NCBI GenBank assembly: GCA_000934665.2 | Contig: KZ538490.1 | Span: 1 to 64,000, forward strand | Length of the DNA: 64,000 nucleotides | Reading direction: 5' to 3' | Source: Catajapyx aquilonaris | Taxonomy: Eukaryota | Shown: piece after piece, positions 38,501 through 50,300 of the stretch | How positions within the stretch are numbered: position 1 is the first letter of the stretch | How the letters are laid out: every line of letters starts with the position of its first letter | Translations under genes and position numbers: made by a program | Notes under the pieces: model-generated | What the model saw: only the letters and a program-made list of their open reading frames with translations | What the model was told of the DNA's origin: nothing | Database searches by the model: none

Positions 38501-39626
38501 TAGTGCGTGTTTGGCATGCACACACATGAGGAGGCCTACCCCAAGAAAAGGGGGGACTAGGTTGCGTACTATAGTTACCCCCACCTCAGATTCGAGCGCA
38601 CGATAAACACGCAACCTCCTGATCGAAGCTTTGTCAGCAATCTTGTCTGAAAGGGGTATATACGTAGCTGGTGGGGTGAGGTTGGAAAGGGGGGGGAGGG
38701 CAATTTACAGGAGGGCACAAAGTGAAGGGTGAGTTCTGGTACGGAGGTGTAGAAACTGCGCCAGGAAACTCGACATTTGGTGGTGTACGTCTCTTGGCAT
38801 CTCTCTCTCTCCGGCGCGCGAGCTCTACCTTTGACTAACTTTGCACTCCGATCCCATTCCGCGGGAGCTGACATTTATCAGGGAACGCTGAGAGAGAGAG
38901 AGAGAGAGGCTGCATGTGACTTGCATTTTGTATCATTTGGGAAACCACGAAGCCCTATAAAAATGTCTTATCATGGCGGGAAAAAGAGGTGGGGGAGAAC
39001 CGGAAAGGAAACTTACCGGCGAGGTTGACGAAACGGTGGCCCAACACCGTGATTACTTTTTGGAGGAAAAATGTGAGAAACGTGGATTTTTGGGCTCTGA
39101 AACATTGTCGTCATACAGGCGAAATCCACCAAGTCCAATTTCGGCGGTTTTATTTACACTCTAGTTTGCCCAAGGAAAGACTGCATTCACTAGTATTGCC
39201 TGGTGAAGTCCATTTAAGCATTCAAAATGTGCCAGTAAGCCAGGATTTTCTGTCTTCACAAGCATGTAAACAATTGCTTTGGATTATCTCGAAAAAATTT
39301 GTTTGGACTTCTTATGTCCACGGTATGCATTCATGCATCTGATTGCAATGCGCCTTTTTTTTATTTGTTAAAAAATGGAGTGCAACCCAATTCAATGGAT
39401 GGAAGGGGGCAAGAGAAGAGAAGAAATGGAGCAAGAATCTTCTGTTTCACCATTTTTCTCTCTCACACACACTCACCCCTCCCCTCTCTGTCTCCCCTTC
39501 CTAGGAACACGGCGGGGAAGACAAAAGGCACGCGATGGTGCTCGCGGGGTATTTGCTCGCCAGCGAACTTCTTTTCATTCCCCACTCCAAGGGGGAGAGA
39601 GAGAGAGAGAATGGAAGGGAAAAGGG

Positions 39627-39632
<6 letters not shown>

Positions 39633-39670
<38 letters not shown>
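39633..39670. repeat. (AG)19 microsatellite inside a long polypurine tract (~39588-39689)
   Basis: Directly visible. Confidence 0.95.
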
Positions 39671-39674
<4 letters not shown>

Positions 39675-42600
39675 GAAAAAGAGGAAGGGCCCTCCCTCTC
39701 TGGTTCCTACCCGAGGGATGATGAGGATCCTTTTCCTAAGGGGAAGGACCGATGAGGGGGCGGTCTTGGACCCTCCAAATTGAGGCAGTCGTCACATGTG
39801 GCCGTCCGGTGTTCGTTATTTATTTGTACGTACGGGCTGAACGTAATTGGTGCCTTTTTTGTGGTGGGGAGTGGGAATTATCAGGAGGATGTAGAAAAAA
39901 ATTTGAAGGTTTGAGTTTTACGGAGGTTGTACAGAGGTTCGGTGATTGGAGTCTGAAATATTTAGTGTGTGAAAAGGGTCTGATGAAAGTCGTTTCGACG
40001 CACCTTCTTACTCATAGAGTGCGTAGTATTTTGCGTTCTGCCAGACGTTTAGTTGGCAGTTCATAACTGCTGCTTAAATGAAATATTTGCGCATCGCTTT
40101 CATTCTCACATGCTAGCCTTTTGCAACTTTGATTAGTGAAGAGCGGAAAGTTTATCTCGTGCCACTGTGGGGAGTATAAAAATGTGGGGTGTAATATATC
40201 AAGGGTCAGTGAAAAGGGTGGAAATTTTGACTGCTGCTAAAGACGCCTTTTTGGGACAAGTAATTTCTTTTCACAAATTTTTCGGCCTTACATGCATATT
40301 GCCAAATTATCACTGACTTCGCCTTCTTAAATAACACCGACTCTTATTATTAACAGAAAAATCTAGGAAATGAGTGTCACTGTAGTGCGTGCTTGCCTTT
40401 CTTGGGAAATTCCCGAAGGACATTGGTACATTTAAGATCATTGACAGAGAAGGTTTCAGCAGGGATTCCCTTGGTGATTATGTCAGAGACCAAGTAGTAG
40501 TCCTACTGTACAGTAGTCAGGCAACACAGTAATTTGCTGGAGACTTGGATAATAATTAGTCAACATGAAAGTAAAAGACGCGGTTAATCGATATATTAGG
40601 TCTGTAAAGCAAATTATGCCGATTCCAATGAAATGTTACGAACGACGAAGAGTTTTTGTCATTAGTTCCACCAAATTTGTTAAAAAATGAATGTATTCTT
40701 TATGTAAAAATGCAGATTAAAAAGCAAACCCAAACGCAATTTTTGTGACGTCGGAAAAAGAAGAACGAAAAAATCCGTTCTTCCCCGGGCAATATGCAGC
40801 ATTAGCCAGTATTAACAAATAATGCATTGTTACACTGTAGTACAGCAGTAAAAGGCGGTGTGGTATTTTCATTTACTTCTCGACGCTGATAAATTTTAGT
40901 CCAGTGATCACTGCACGGTCATTAATTAATGTTTATAGCTATGTGCCTTAGAGTGCAACATATTCGGTAGAGGCAGCAATAGGACCAATGTATGGGACGT
41001 TGTAACAGTTTTTGTTTTTGCGAAAGAGTGAGGTAAAAAAATAAATTGCAGTCATGTGTACTTTGCACGGACTTGTGCACCCCACTGTACTGTACAGTAT
41101 TGAGAAGATTGCTTTTCATTTGTGATAGGCGACCGTGCTTTGGTACACACCACAATAATATTAATTAATTAGGCCATAATTAACCTTACTTACAGAGACC
41201 CTATTTATATGTAATCTAGATTCAGCGTGCAGTAGTTTGTAAAGAGGGGGTGGAAAAAGTATTTGAGCCGAGTGTAGAGAAAGTAGACTTTTTAGAGGAA
41301 AAGGGAGTTGACCTCAGGGGAGCCCTCATTCAAGCGCCAGAGTCGAGAGAATCGCGGAGTAACTAAGACCAACTGTTTAATTGAATCAGGGTATTGGAGT
41401 GGGGACCCCAACCCGGACTTTGGCTCCGGGGGGGCTCCAGGGCCTGTAGAATGTGGTGAAGCAGCCACAGAAGAAGAAGAAGAAGCGTGCACAAAAAAAA
41501 TGAGGGAAGAGCAGGCCCAGAAATATTGCTTTTGGACACAGACCTAGAGGTTATCGGTGGGGTTGAACGGGAGAAGGAAAAAAAAGGAGCATCGATTCAG
41601 GAATGTCTGAGGTCCAGTTTGAGGTGGTGTTCGATGGCAAAGTATACAATGAGCGAGAAGACAAGAGTTGAAAAATCTTGGGCTGGAGGATGTACCGACC
41701 GGTTTATAAATTAACAGGCCGTTTTTTATTCTCTCTCTTCTTGCCGTCTAAAAATGTGAGCATGTCTCAGGCCGATTTGGGAGGGAATTACACATTGATC
41801 TCGCCGTTATTAGTACATCATGACGGTGCTCATAAAAATTAAGGCCCCCGGCAACAAAATTATCCAAATTTATTGACGACGCCAATCCATAAAGCACCAT
41901 AGAGGAGTATCTTAATTCCTTTTACTGGCCTCCGGTGTGTTGTCGGCAGTTAATGTCGCCATAAGGGGAATTACTTTTAGGCCCAGAATAAGAGGAAATG
42001 AGGAGGGGCTTCCTACCCTAGACAATTTATGGGTTGTACTGCCCGATTTTTTTGGGGGTGTACTATGTGTGTGTCTGACCCAGCCGAATTTTCATCCAAT
42101 AGCTTAAACCCTGGCCGATCTATAAAAATAAACTGCGGAAGGTTAGAGCCAATTGTTAACTCACTCCAGCTAAACTACTCAGGGTCCAGGTCCAGTGTTT
42201 GTGTTGGGCTCTGTTTTGAATGGGATTTTTCAAGGGTTTGTTTTACTGTATATGTGGTGTTGACAGTGTAGCTTTTGCACCCCTGCCTCCCACCACACCG
42301 TTTGTTTCACAGTACAAGCCCCTATACCCCCCCCTCTCGTGTTGACAGTTGGGCAATACTTGGTCCAAAGTGCTGGGCTGATTGGGCCGTATTTTAGCCC
42401 GGGCAAGTAATGTTGTTTCTTTACAAATGAAAACTGGTCCAATGAGCTTAGCGCGGTCTTGAATGCATAGCGATCGGGTAAAGGGTTGTGTTTGGTGTTT
42501 CATCCATCGCATCGAGCTTGGATGGGTAGATTGGGGGGGTAAAAAAAAAAAAAGCCGCGGACCAGGTTTTTGAGGGAGGCGGCTACAGACCGGACCCCGG

Positions 42601-45600
42601 GTTTGCAACCGAGATTACAAAATGTAAAACTTTGCCTGCGTCCTCATCATTTCGCTTGCATTAGATGGAAATACGACCGCCTGATTCGAGGCCCAAATAA
42701 AAATTTCCGGTGGCGTTTCAGTGATGGTACCTCCCCATCATCCCTACCCCCCACCCCCACCCCCATACTCTACACGGGACTCTACCCGAAAGGCTTAATC
42801 CCCACCTCGCTCCGATTCCACCGATATTTACTAATGAACATCAGAAATAAGGGGTGGTGGGTGGTGTGGAATAATGCCGATGGATTGTTCACTTTTTGAC
42901 ACGTTGCATATAGTGCGGTCGACGCTTTGCAAACCGGGGGCTTAATGCTAATCAAGGAATTTTTAATCCGGATTACTTGTCATAATGCCGGATGTGCGGG
43001 AAGAAAACGGGCTGTCACGCCCCCCCCCCCCTCCCCAACTTTTTTCGGGTTGTGAAATATTTGAGAGAGGTGAGGGGGAGACTAGGCCACAAACCCTATA
43101 AAATGCTAAACGTTATGAGCATTGGAGTACGCTGTAGCGATTTGTAGAGCGTGACCACTGCTCGATTCTACTCCATTGGCACGATCCGTAGAGATTCATA
43201 AATCTAATGGCCGTTTGATGAACTATTCATTTACGTGTGGTTAAAGTATGCCTTTGTGCCAGAAATACATACTGTAGGTGCTGCTATTAGCCAAATATTG
43301 CGAACGCTAGTTCTTTTTTTGTGTACATTCTGCCACGTGTGTGATCATCAGTGATATTTGCGATGTTTCATATTTGGAAAATGTGTTTAAATTTTAATAT
43401 TCAATTTTCAATTGAGCTTTAATCCCGTTGCTGTGGCGGCTCGGGCGGGGGCGGTAGAGTGATGTGACATACCGACAAACTTTTCCATTTATATATAAGA
43501 TACCCCGAATAATATGCATACAATTGCCATAATAATAAATTTCAACATAATGTACCCTACAGAAATATTTACCCGACTGTACTGCACCAGCTGAAAGGCT
43601 TTTTAAAAAATTAATGCTTTGGCTTTATCATTCGACACTTTCAGGCTAAGCGACAAGATGGCACTAGTGCCGATCGAGAGGCCCGCAAATTTCAAATTAC
43701 ATCCGGGAATTACGCAACTTGGAAGGTCGAAATCATGGGGAATTTTAAAAGTTCGACGTAAGCCCTTCATTTCCACGGGCTTTCTCATATTCAGGGGCGG
43801 ATGGAAGGGATGGGGTGAAGGGGTTGGAGAGGGAAGGGAGGGAAAATATAAAAAATGGCTTCTGTTTGCCGGATTGCGTTTCTTGGCAAGTGGACTAGTT
43901 CTTAATGCGTCAGGCAGGTATTGAATTCGGAGACAAAGACATAAAACTTCAATTCCTGGCCAATTTCCCCGACGATGGGCGAATATCCTTCCTCTTGTCT
44001 CCGACTGCTTTGAGGTTTGTCAAAGGGTGGGGGGAAATTTCTCCCAATTTTTCATCTTCATGAATTTGACATTGTTTAATGCGAGTCTTCCCAAAGTTGG
44101 AGAAAATGGGCTGGGGCAATTAATTTTGGGGAACTCTTACCCAAAGGAAAAGAAAGAGTGGAAGGCTGGTGGGGGGTGGAGGGGTGGATGGAAAAGAGAA
44201 GAAAAAAAAATATATATGGGGAGAGGAGGGGGGGGAGGAAAAAGCTCCATTTGTGCAGAAACGAAGCGCGTGTGGTCCAGATGGAGGAGTTGGAAACATT
44301 GACGCTTAGGAAATTGTTTCATAACCATGAAGGATAATTAAACATGCGCCATTATATTCCAGTTCCCAAGGTCTATTTCGTTTACGACACCCATTTACAA
44401 GGCGAAGTTGGAAAAGATTTTCTTAATAACCTTTTCCCTATTCGACCAAATCCTTTCTAATTAAATGTAGCAAACCCACACCAGGGCTTCATTCCGTGGC
44501 TGCAACTTGGCTCATCTTTCATTTATGCAAATGCGGTGCTCCGCATAACATAAGGGACCGAAGGCAAGGGTGGGAGAGGGAGAGAGAGAGGCTGAGGAGT
44601 TTTGGGGGAGAAAAGAGGAGGGACTTGAGAAAGGGATAGGAAATTTCTCCCAAAACCGCTTTTACTCGTCGGTCTCGTACCGTAAACTGAAGGAATTAGA
44701 AGCTATCCCCTTCTTGTGACAAAAGATATGAGTGGAGGGAGAGAAAGTCTGAATAGTCGACGACGGAATTCCAAACGCAGTTTTCTTTATTTTTTTTTCC
44801 TTCTTTCTCTTTCTCATCCCCACTTTCCAAGAGAGTAATGCAAAGTTATGGTTTACCCAGCCTACGCACGATATCTGGTTAATATTCTAACCGGAGCAGC
44901 GGGAATGTTTCGTCGGAAAAAGTTTTTACCCCTTTTGCATCCCAGTGATTGTTTTTCAGGGTGGGGGGCGGGAAATAAGAAGGGGGGGTTGGGGAGGGAA
45001 GCTGCTGGGACTTTTGTCTCAAGCCCTCGGGAAACTACCGGGGAAGAAAGTCTTGGTCCCCGCGCGTTTTGTGGGCAAATTTTTTTTATGGCCGAGTAAT
45101 TGATAATGCAGTGTTTTCTCCAAACTTGTGTAAGTACTGCAGTAAAGCGTTTGGAATGGACGAAATCAAGCAGGGGTAGGGATATAAGTTGGTCTCGATG
45201 CGACCCGTATAGCTTACCGATGCCCCCGAGGAGCCCACCGATTTGTTAAAAGTATCGCGTGTTCTTCCGTACTATTAAATGTGACGCAATCTGTGGGGTA
45301 GATTCAAAAGTATTAGGTGCAGCAGGGATAATTGTATTGCAGTTTATGGTTCTGGCTTGTATGTTGTCAATGACCGATACTGAAGTCGTTGAATATATGC
45401 GTGTACCCAAGATGGATAAGTGAGCATCTAAAGTGAATGTAAACCCTACTTCAGTACGTGCTCTTCATTTTAATATTCTTAGGCCATTGTTCGCCGAGTG
45501 AATATTTTACACAGTTTGTATCACTTCAACCCCGCCTCTATCGTGTTTTAAAGTCCTGATACAAGTGCATGGAGCCAAGATGTTTGCGTTCGGTGACACC

Positions 45601-46264
45601 GCCTCAATTACTGTCGTGAATTGCAAGGTGATTCATCCCCCTGCAAATTTTGTTTATGTTCTAGTGTCGATAGCATCGGCACACTCTGCAATTACGTTAC
45701 ATCACGTTAGGGGGGTCAGCTCAGAATGATTGTACCAACCGCATCTTGTCTCATGCAATATTAATGCTTGGAAATGCAAGATCGGCGGTGACCATTCATG
45801 CAACTCCACGGAGCCGTCCCAAGAACCTAATTAAGTAGCCGGGGCATCTTTTGCCCCAACTTTAAACTTCGGCAAGGGGTAATCTGACACCAAGTTGGCA
45901 GGCCACCGGGGCCGAAGTAGGAGACCAAAGTTAGAAACATCACAAGTCCTAATCAAATAAACATGTTTCGTCACAAAGTCGCAAAAGGTCGCAACGTCCA
46001 GGGCTTCTGCAGGATTTATCGGCGTCAATTTTACTCTGACGTGTTTGGGTCAGTGTGCATATTTCAAGTGAGAAATGTACTTTCCTCTGGAATAAATTTT
46101 TTTCCCTCCTGATTATTCCGCGGCGCACAATCTGAACTGTACGGAATTCCAATGGCTTAATTCGCATCCACTTCCTCCCCTACCTACCTCCCCAGACCGA
46201 TTATCGCCGTTTGCATTATTTTATCCCAATCTCAATCGGGTGTCCCCGGGGCATGTGTTTACCC

Positions 46265-46278
46265 GTTGCCCGGGCAAC
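46265..46278. promoter_or_regulatory. Candidate RFX X-box (perfect palindrome)
   Basis: GTTGCCCGGGCAAC matches GTNRCC-N2-RGYAAC on both strands; motif match only. Confidence 0.4.
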
Positions 46279-46759
46279 CCACGTGATTCACTCTCCTCCG
46301 GCGACGCCGTGGGGCTACGTGGGGTGTCCCCTCCCCCCTTCCCCACCCACTCTCTACCAACCCCCACCCAACGCCAATTTGACCCCAGTTTTGCTCTAGG
46401 TGGATTTGGTTGGCTAGGTGGGGGGTTTGGCAATGTAGAGTGGGAGGGGGGAAAAAGCTGGCCTTTAAACGGAGCTAGCAATTCGGATTTTAAATTATTT
46501 AGCGAATTTTGCGTCAAATTATGGACGCGGGGTATATAAATTTGTGTGTGCGTGGTTAGTGGGGGTGGAGGGTGAAAAATTTGAAGGATGACATGGCGAT
46601 GGCTTTATTGTGATGAATGATGTCGCAAAAATTGAGGGGGGGGGGGGGGGAAACTTGGTGTGGGTTTGTCACTTGCTGGGTACAATTTTGGTGTGCAGTG
46701 AATTCTGTGTGTAACTGGCATGTAACAGAATTTTGGCTTGTTCGAGTACGTATGTCGTA

Positions 46760-46894
46760 AATAGGTGGAAATTAATGGAGAAGCACAAGTATCGCCGACT
46801 GGCGGAGCTTTTCCTTTACATGAAGCTTCTTCATGTAAAGGAAAAGCTCCGCCAGTCGGCGATACTTGTGCCTGTCCATAAATTTCTACCACTG
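46760..46894. mobile_element. Palindromic Tc1/mariner-type MITE (foldback, 135 bp)
   Basis: Perfect 43-bp arms 46783-46825 / 46829-46871 with a 3-nt loop, extended by 19 bp at 15/19. Right end reads CAGTGG on the minus strand. TA at symmetric positions 46758-59 and 46895-96. Confidence 0.7.
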
Positions 46895-47254
46895 TACTGT
46901 ACAAAACTGAACATCTCGCAGTAACTTAACTAAATTGAATAATAGGGTAATGGTCTTATTGTGTTTTATGGCGTAAATAAACAAAGCAATGTTCAATAGG
47001 GAAAATATTTGCTACTTTCTGAAGCAGTGCGTAAAAGTCATAGCAGATTCAGTCGCCACATGAAAGGTTGCAAAATTTCCATGCACATTTATGTACTTCA
47101 ATAATAAAGCAAGCCTTGGCTGAATACATAATTTACAACAATTTTGACGTCTTTTGTGCGTCATAGTTGTAGTCTTATTATTCTCTGTATGCTTGAGCGG
47201 CGACGACGCGACGGGGTCACAATATTTTTAATTTTAGAGTGAGTGGGGTATGGT

Positions 47255-47320
47255 CACTAACCGATCACCGATTCATGTCCATGTGAACTGATCAACCCTT
47301 AATTTCCTTTCCAGGTAAGA
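47255..47320 (+). promoter_or_regulatory. Candidate recursive splice site (ratchet point, zero-length exon)
   Basis: Branch-like CACTAAC (47255-61) and CTGAT (47288-92), pyrimidine tract, then CAG|GTAAGA; no other AG in 47244-47312. Confidence 0.5.
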
Positions 47321-50300
47321 AGCAGTGTGGATGGTCGGACCCAGATCCTTTTGGTACAGTATGGACCGAATTCGAAGGTAGTCCGAGTCACTTTATATTC
47401 CCCGTTGTACATAATATTGTAGCCAGCAGTTGGCACCCATGTGGCAAATGGCTTCTCCTTTGTGTGCGTGCACCGTGCGTACAGCGGGGGTGGGCGATAG
47501 GTGTGCAGGTAGGTGGGAATCGTGCTTAGGGCTGGGGGGGAAATTGGTCGAGGGGGGAACACAAAAAAGGGCAAGGTGAGCATGGCACGTGCATCCAGGT
47601 GTTGCACGAGGTTTGGCCTCCTGCCTGGGCAATTTAGGCTTTCCAGTCGGGGGTCCGGAACAATGGTCGGGGGGATAGGGGTTCGAGTATTTTTTAAATA
47701 ATGTGTGGGGATAGTGGTCACTGAACGGTGGCCATCTCGTAACAATAGAGTTGCGGAGGAGTGACAGCCAGAATTTGTTGCGAAACGGGCTCGAACGGGG
47801 GAAACAATTTGAGTTTGCTTTTTTATTAATGATGTGAGAATTTGTTTCGGTTTGATCGCCTAAATGAACTCAGAGTGATTGGTGGTTGTTTGATGAATAT
47901 GTATACATTGTAGTAAATTTTACCGGAAACGCCCAGTCTTATTTTCGTCGGTATCAAACATATGGTATGAAATATTCTGCCCGTCACATTATAAGTTTCA
48001 AATTCAAAGTATGGTCCGCTCAGGTGTAAATACCAAATTTCATGTACTATGAAATTTAAAAAAAAAATTCAGGTCAATTTGAGTGGCTTTTCGTTGGCTA
48101 TTTCAGTCAATTTCATATACAAGTTATGGGTGAATGACGCTTCTCCACAAGTGATTATTTCACACTTGCAACGGTAATTTTAACTTGAAAAATTGTAGAG
48201 AGTAGGGGAGTACGCTATTATCTCTGGAGCTGGCCCATCGATATGAAATGACCTTTAGTGACCATGAATATCTAATCACCCGGTGTATGCCACCTAGTGC
48301 GGCGATATTCGCACCGAATCGATTGGTTTATACTTGACCATGATCTACCCCAAGAAATCGAACATTATCCGCCCTACATATTTCGTAAATTGTGCGTTTC
48401 CTTGCACTCAATGCACGAGGTTATAAACCCCGGCTTGTTTTCAGGGTTTTTGTTATACTTCGGACAGGTTCAAACCGACGAGCTGATAAGCAACGCAAAT
48501 AGATTACCCGCGCTTGATAATTCGGCACACGCTCACATCAGCTGTCGTACTAATAACGCGTCCCTCTGCCGACTAAGCGACAATTTTAATTGATCATTAG
48601 TTTCGAAACCGGTATTTTCTTGCCTCTTTTCCCCCCCGAAAAAAAAAAAGTTCCTCGCGGTGATGCGTAATAATATCGCGTTGTCCTCCTCGCAAATTAG
48701 AAATAAGAGGACGAGTAGGACATTTCGACAAAAGTTTGAACTTTCTCAACTCCGGTAATGATGTTTAAACAACGGGCGAATTAGGAGCCATTAGTTAAAT
48801 TAAGTTAGTGCAACTGGCTCAAAATGCTGAGGAGGATAACCCAAGATTGGCAGCCGGATAATCCAATGCAGTTGGTAACTTGCAGAGATGGGGGGGGGGG
48901 GGGGGGNAGGAGAGGAAAACACGAGGAAACTTTATTGCATTATTGTAACGCAGCTGTGAGCAGGCCGAAGAAGAGTTTAGACTTTTTTTTTAGGGTGGGC
49001 CAAGCCCCACCCTAAAGTATTCGAGTAGGAAATGAGAGTCATGTGAAAAACTTAAGCTTTGTGGTTTTTGTGTGTGGCCGTGCCAGTTTCTTCGATGCAT
49101 ATTCTTGTCCACCCTAAAACTTTCAAGGTCCATCGATTGCATTCGGAAATATGGGCCTCTCGATCTGGGGGAAGGGAGACACAAACATAACCCCCAATTG
49201 CGTGTGTTTGGTATATTGTGTGGAGTACAGGGAGGGAATAACATGACGGTGCATTGAGGCAAAATCCATGGCCTGAAAACATGGTGATTATCGATGTCGT
49301 GGAGGAAGCCACCGATTCCTGGCGCCATTAAGCAAGAGTTATTAAACTTGTGTAATTTCTTCAGCGTGGGGAGGGGGGGGGGAGTCTCTCCTGATAAAGC
49401 CGGCGATTTAGGATGTCGTGTAGATAACCTGTTTACGCGGAATTATTGTGCCTTTCGCACTGTATTAAGGTGCAACGACGTGGCAACGCTGGAGACCCTG
49501 CTGGATGACCCGTGATAAGGGAGGTTACAATAATACAGGGTGTTTCTGAGGCTATTCATGCGAGCAATTTGGGGAATCCCTGTTGGTCACACGATGATAG
49601 GAGGAGGAGGTTTTTTTAAACAAATTTTAAATTTTAAAAATATGTACGTCTTTCTATATTGAAAGCTGGTTAGCTTAACAGGATGCTACAGGTGCGAAGG
49701 ATCAATCCAGCTTCATCCATGGCACGCAATTTCGAAAGGCCAACATCAGCCCAAAGTCGCGTCCAGGAAAAAGGCCTGAGTTAGGGGGGAAAAAAAAGTG
49801 CGTGTGCCCCCCCCCCCACCCCCCACAAGACGAGCAGAATTCTTGAAAATATTTGCCTTCATAATAAACTATCTACAGTAGCGTCTGTTATTGCTCGTCG
49901 GTGTTTGCTTTGCATTACCAAAGGTTTACCGGAGGACTTGGACAAACACCAGGACCGCCATGTCACGGGGCATCCAGTTAGCACAATTTAAACCCTGCTT
50001 CACTTTTGTCACCCTCCCCCCCACCTTGTGCCACCCAAAGTGCTAAGAGAGGCTCTTACCGGCAGGATTGGTTTTTAAGGGGCTTCGCAAAAACCGGTTG
50101 GTTGTCGGGGGTTTAAAAAAAAAAAATGTCAACCCATACGGGCTCTCTGGTGGTTGCTGAGCCTCCCTGCGAGACTGAGGGCGGGAATAATCATTATCGA
50201 TTTTAGCACTGAATACTTTGCTTAATTATTTCTGATAACACGTACAGAAAGGAAATAGACAGCACTTGGTTGAGGGTTGAAGGGGGTTGGAATGTACAGA

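Noticed and set aside
49534..49546. Solo TACAGGGTGT-type transposon termini (also reverse ACACCCTGTA at 2420 and 28531)
   Set aside because: They resemble Tc1/mariner-superfamily ends, but I found no matching partner terminus, so boundaries cannot be supported.
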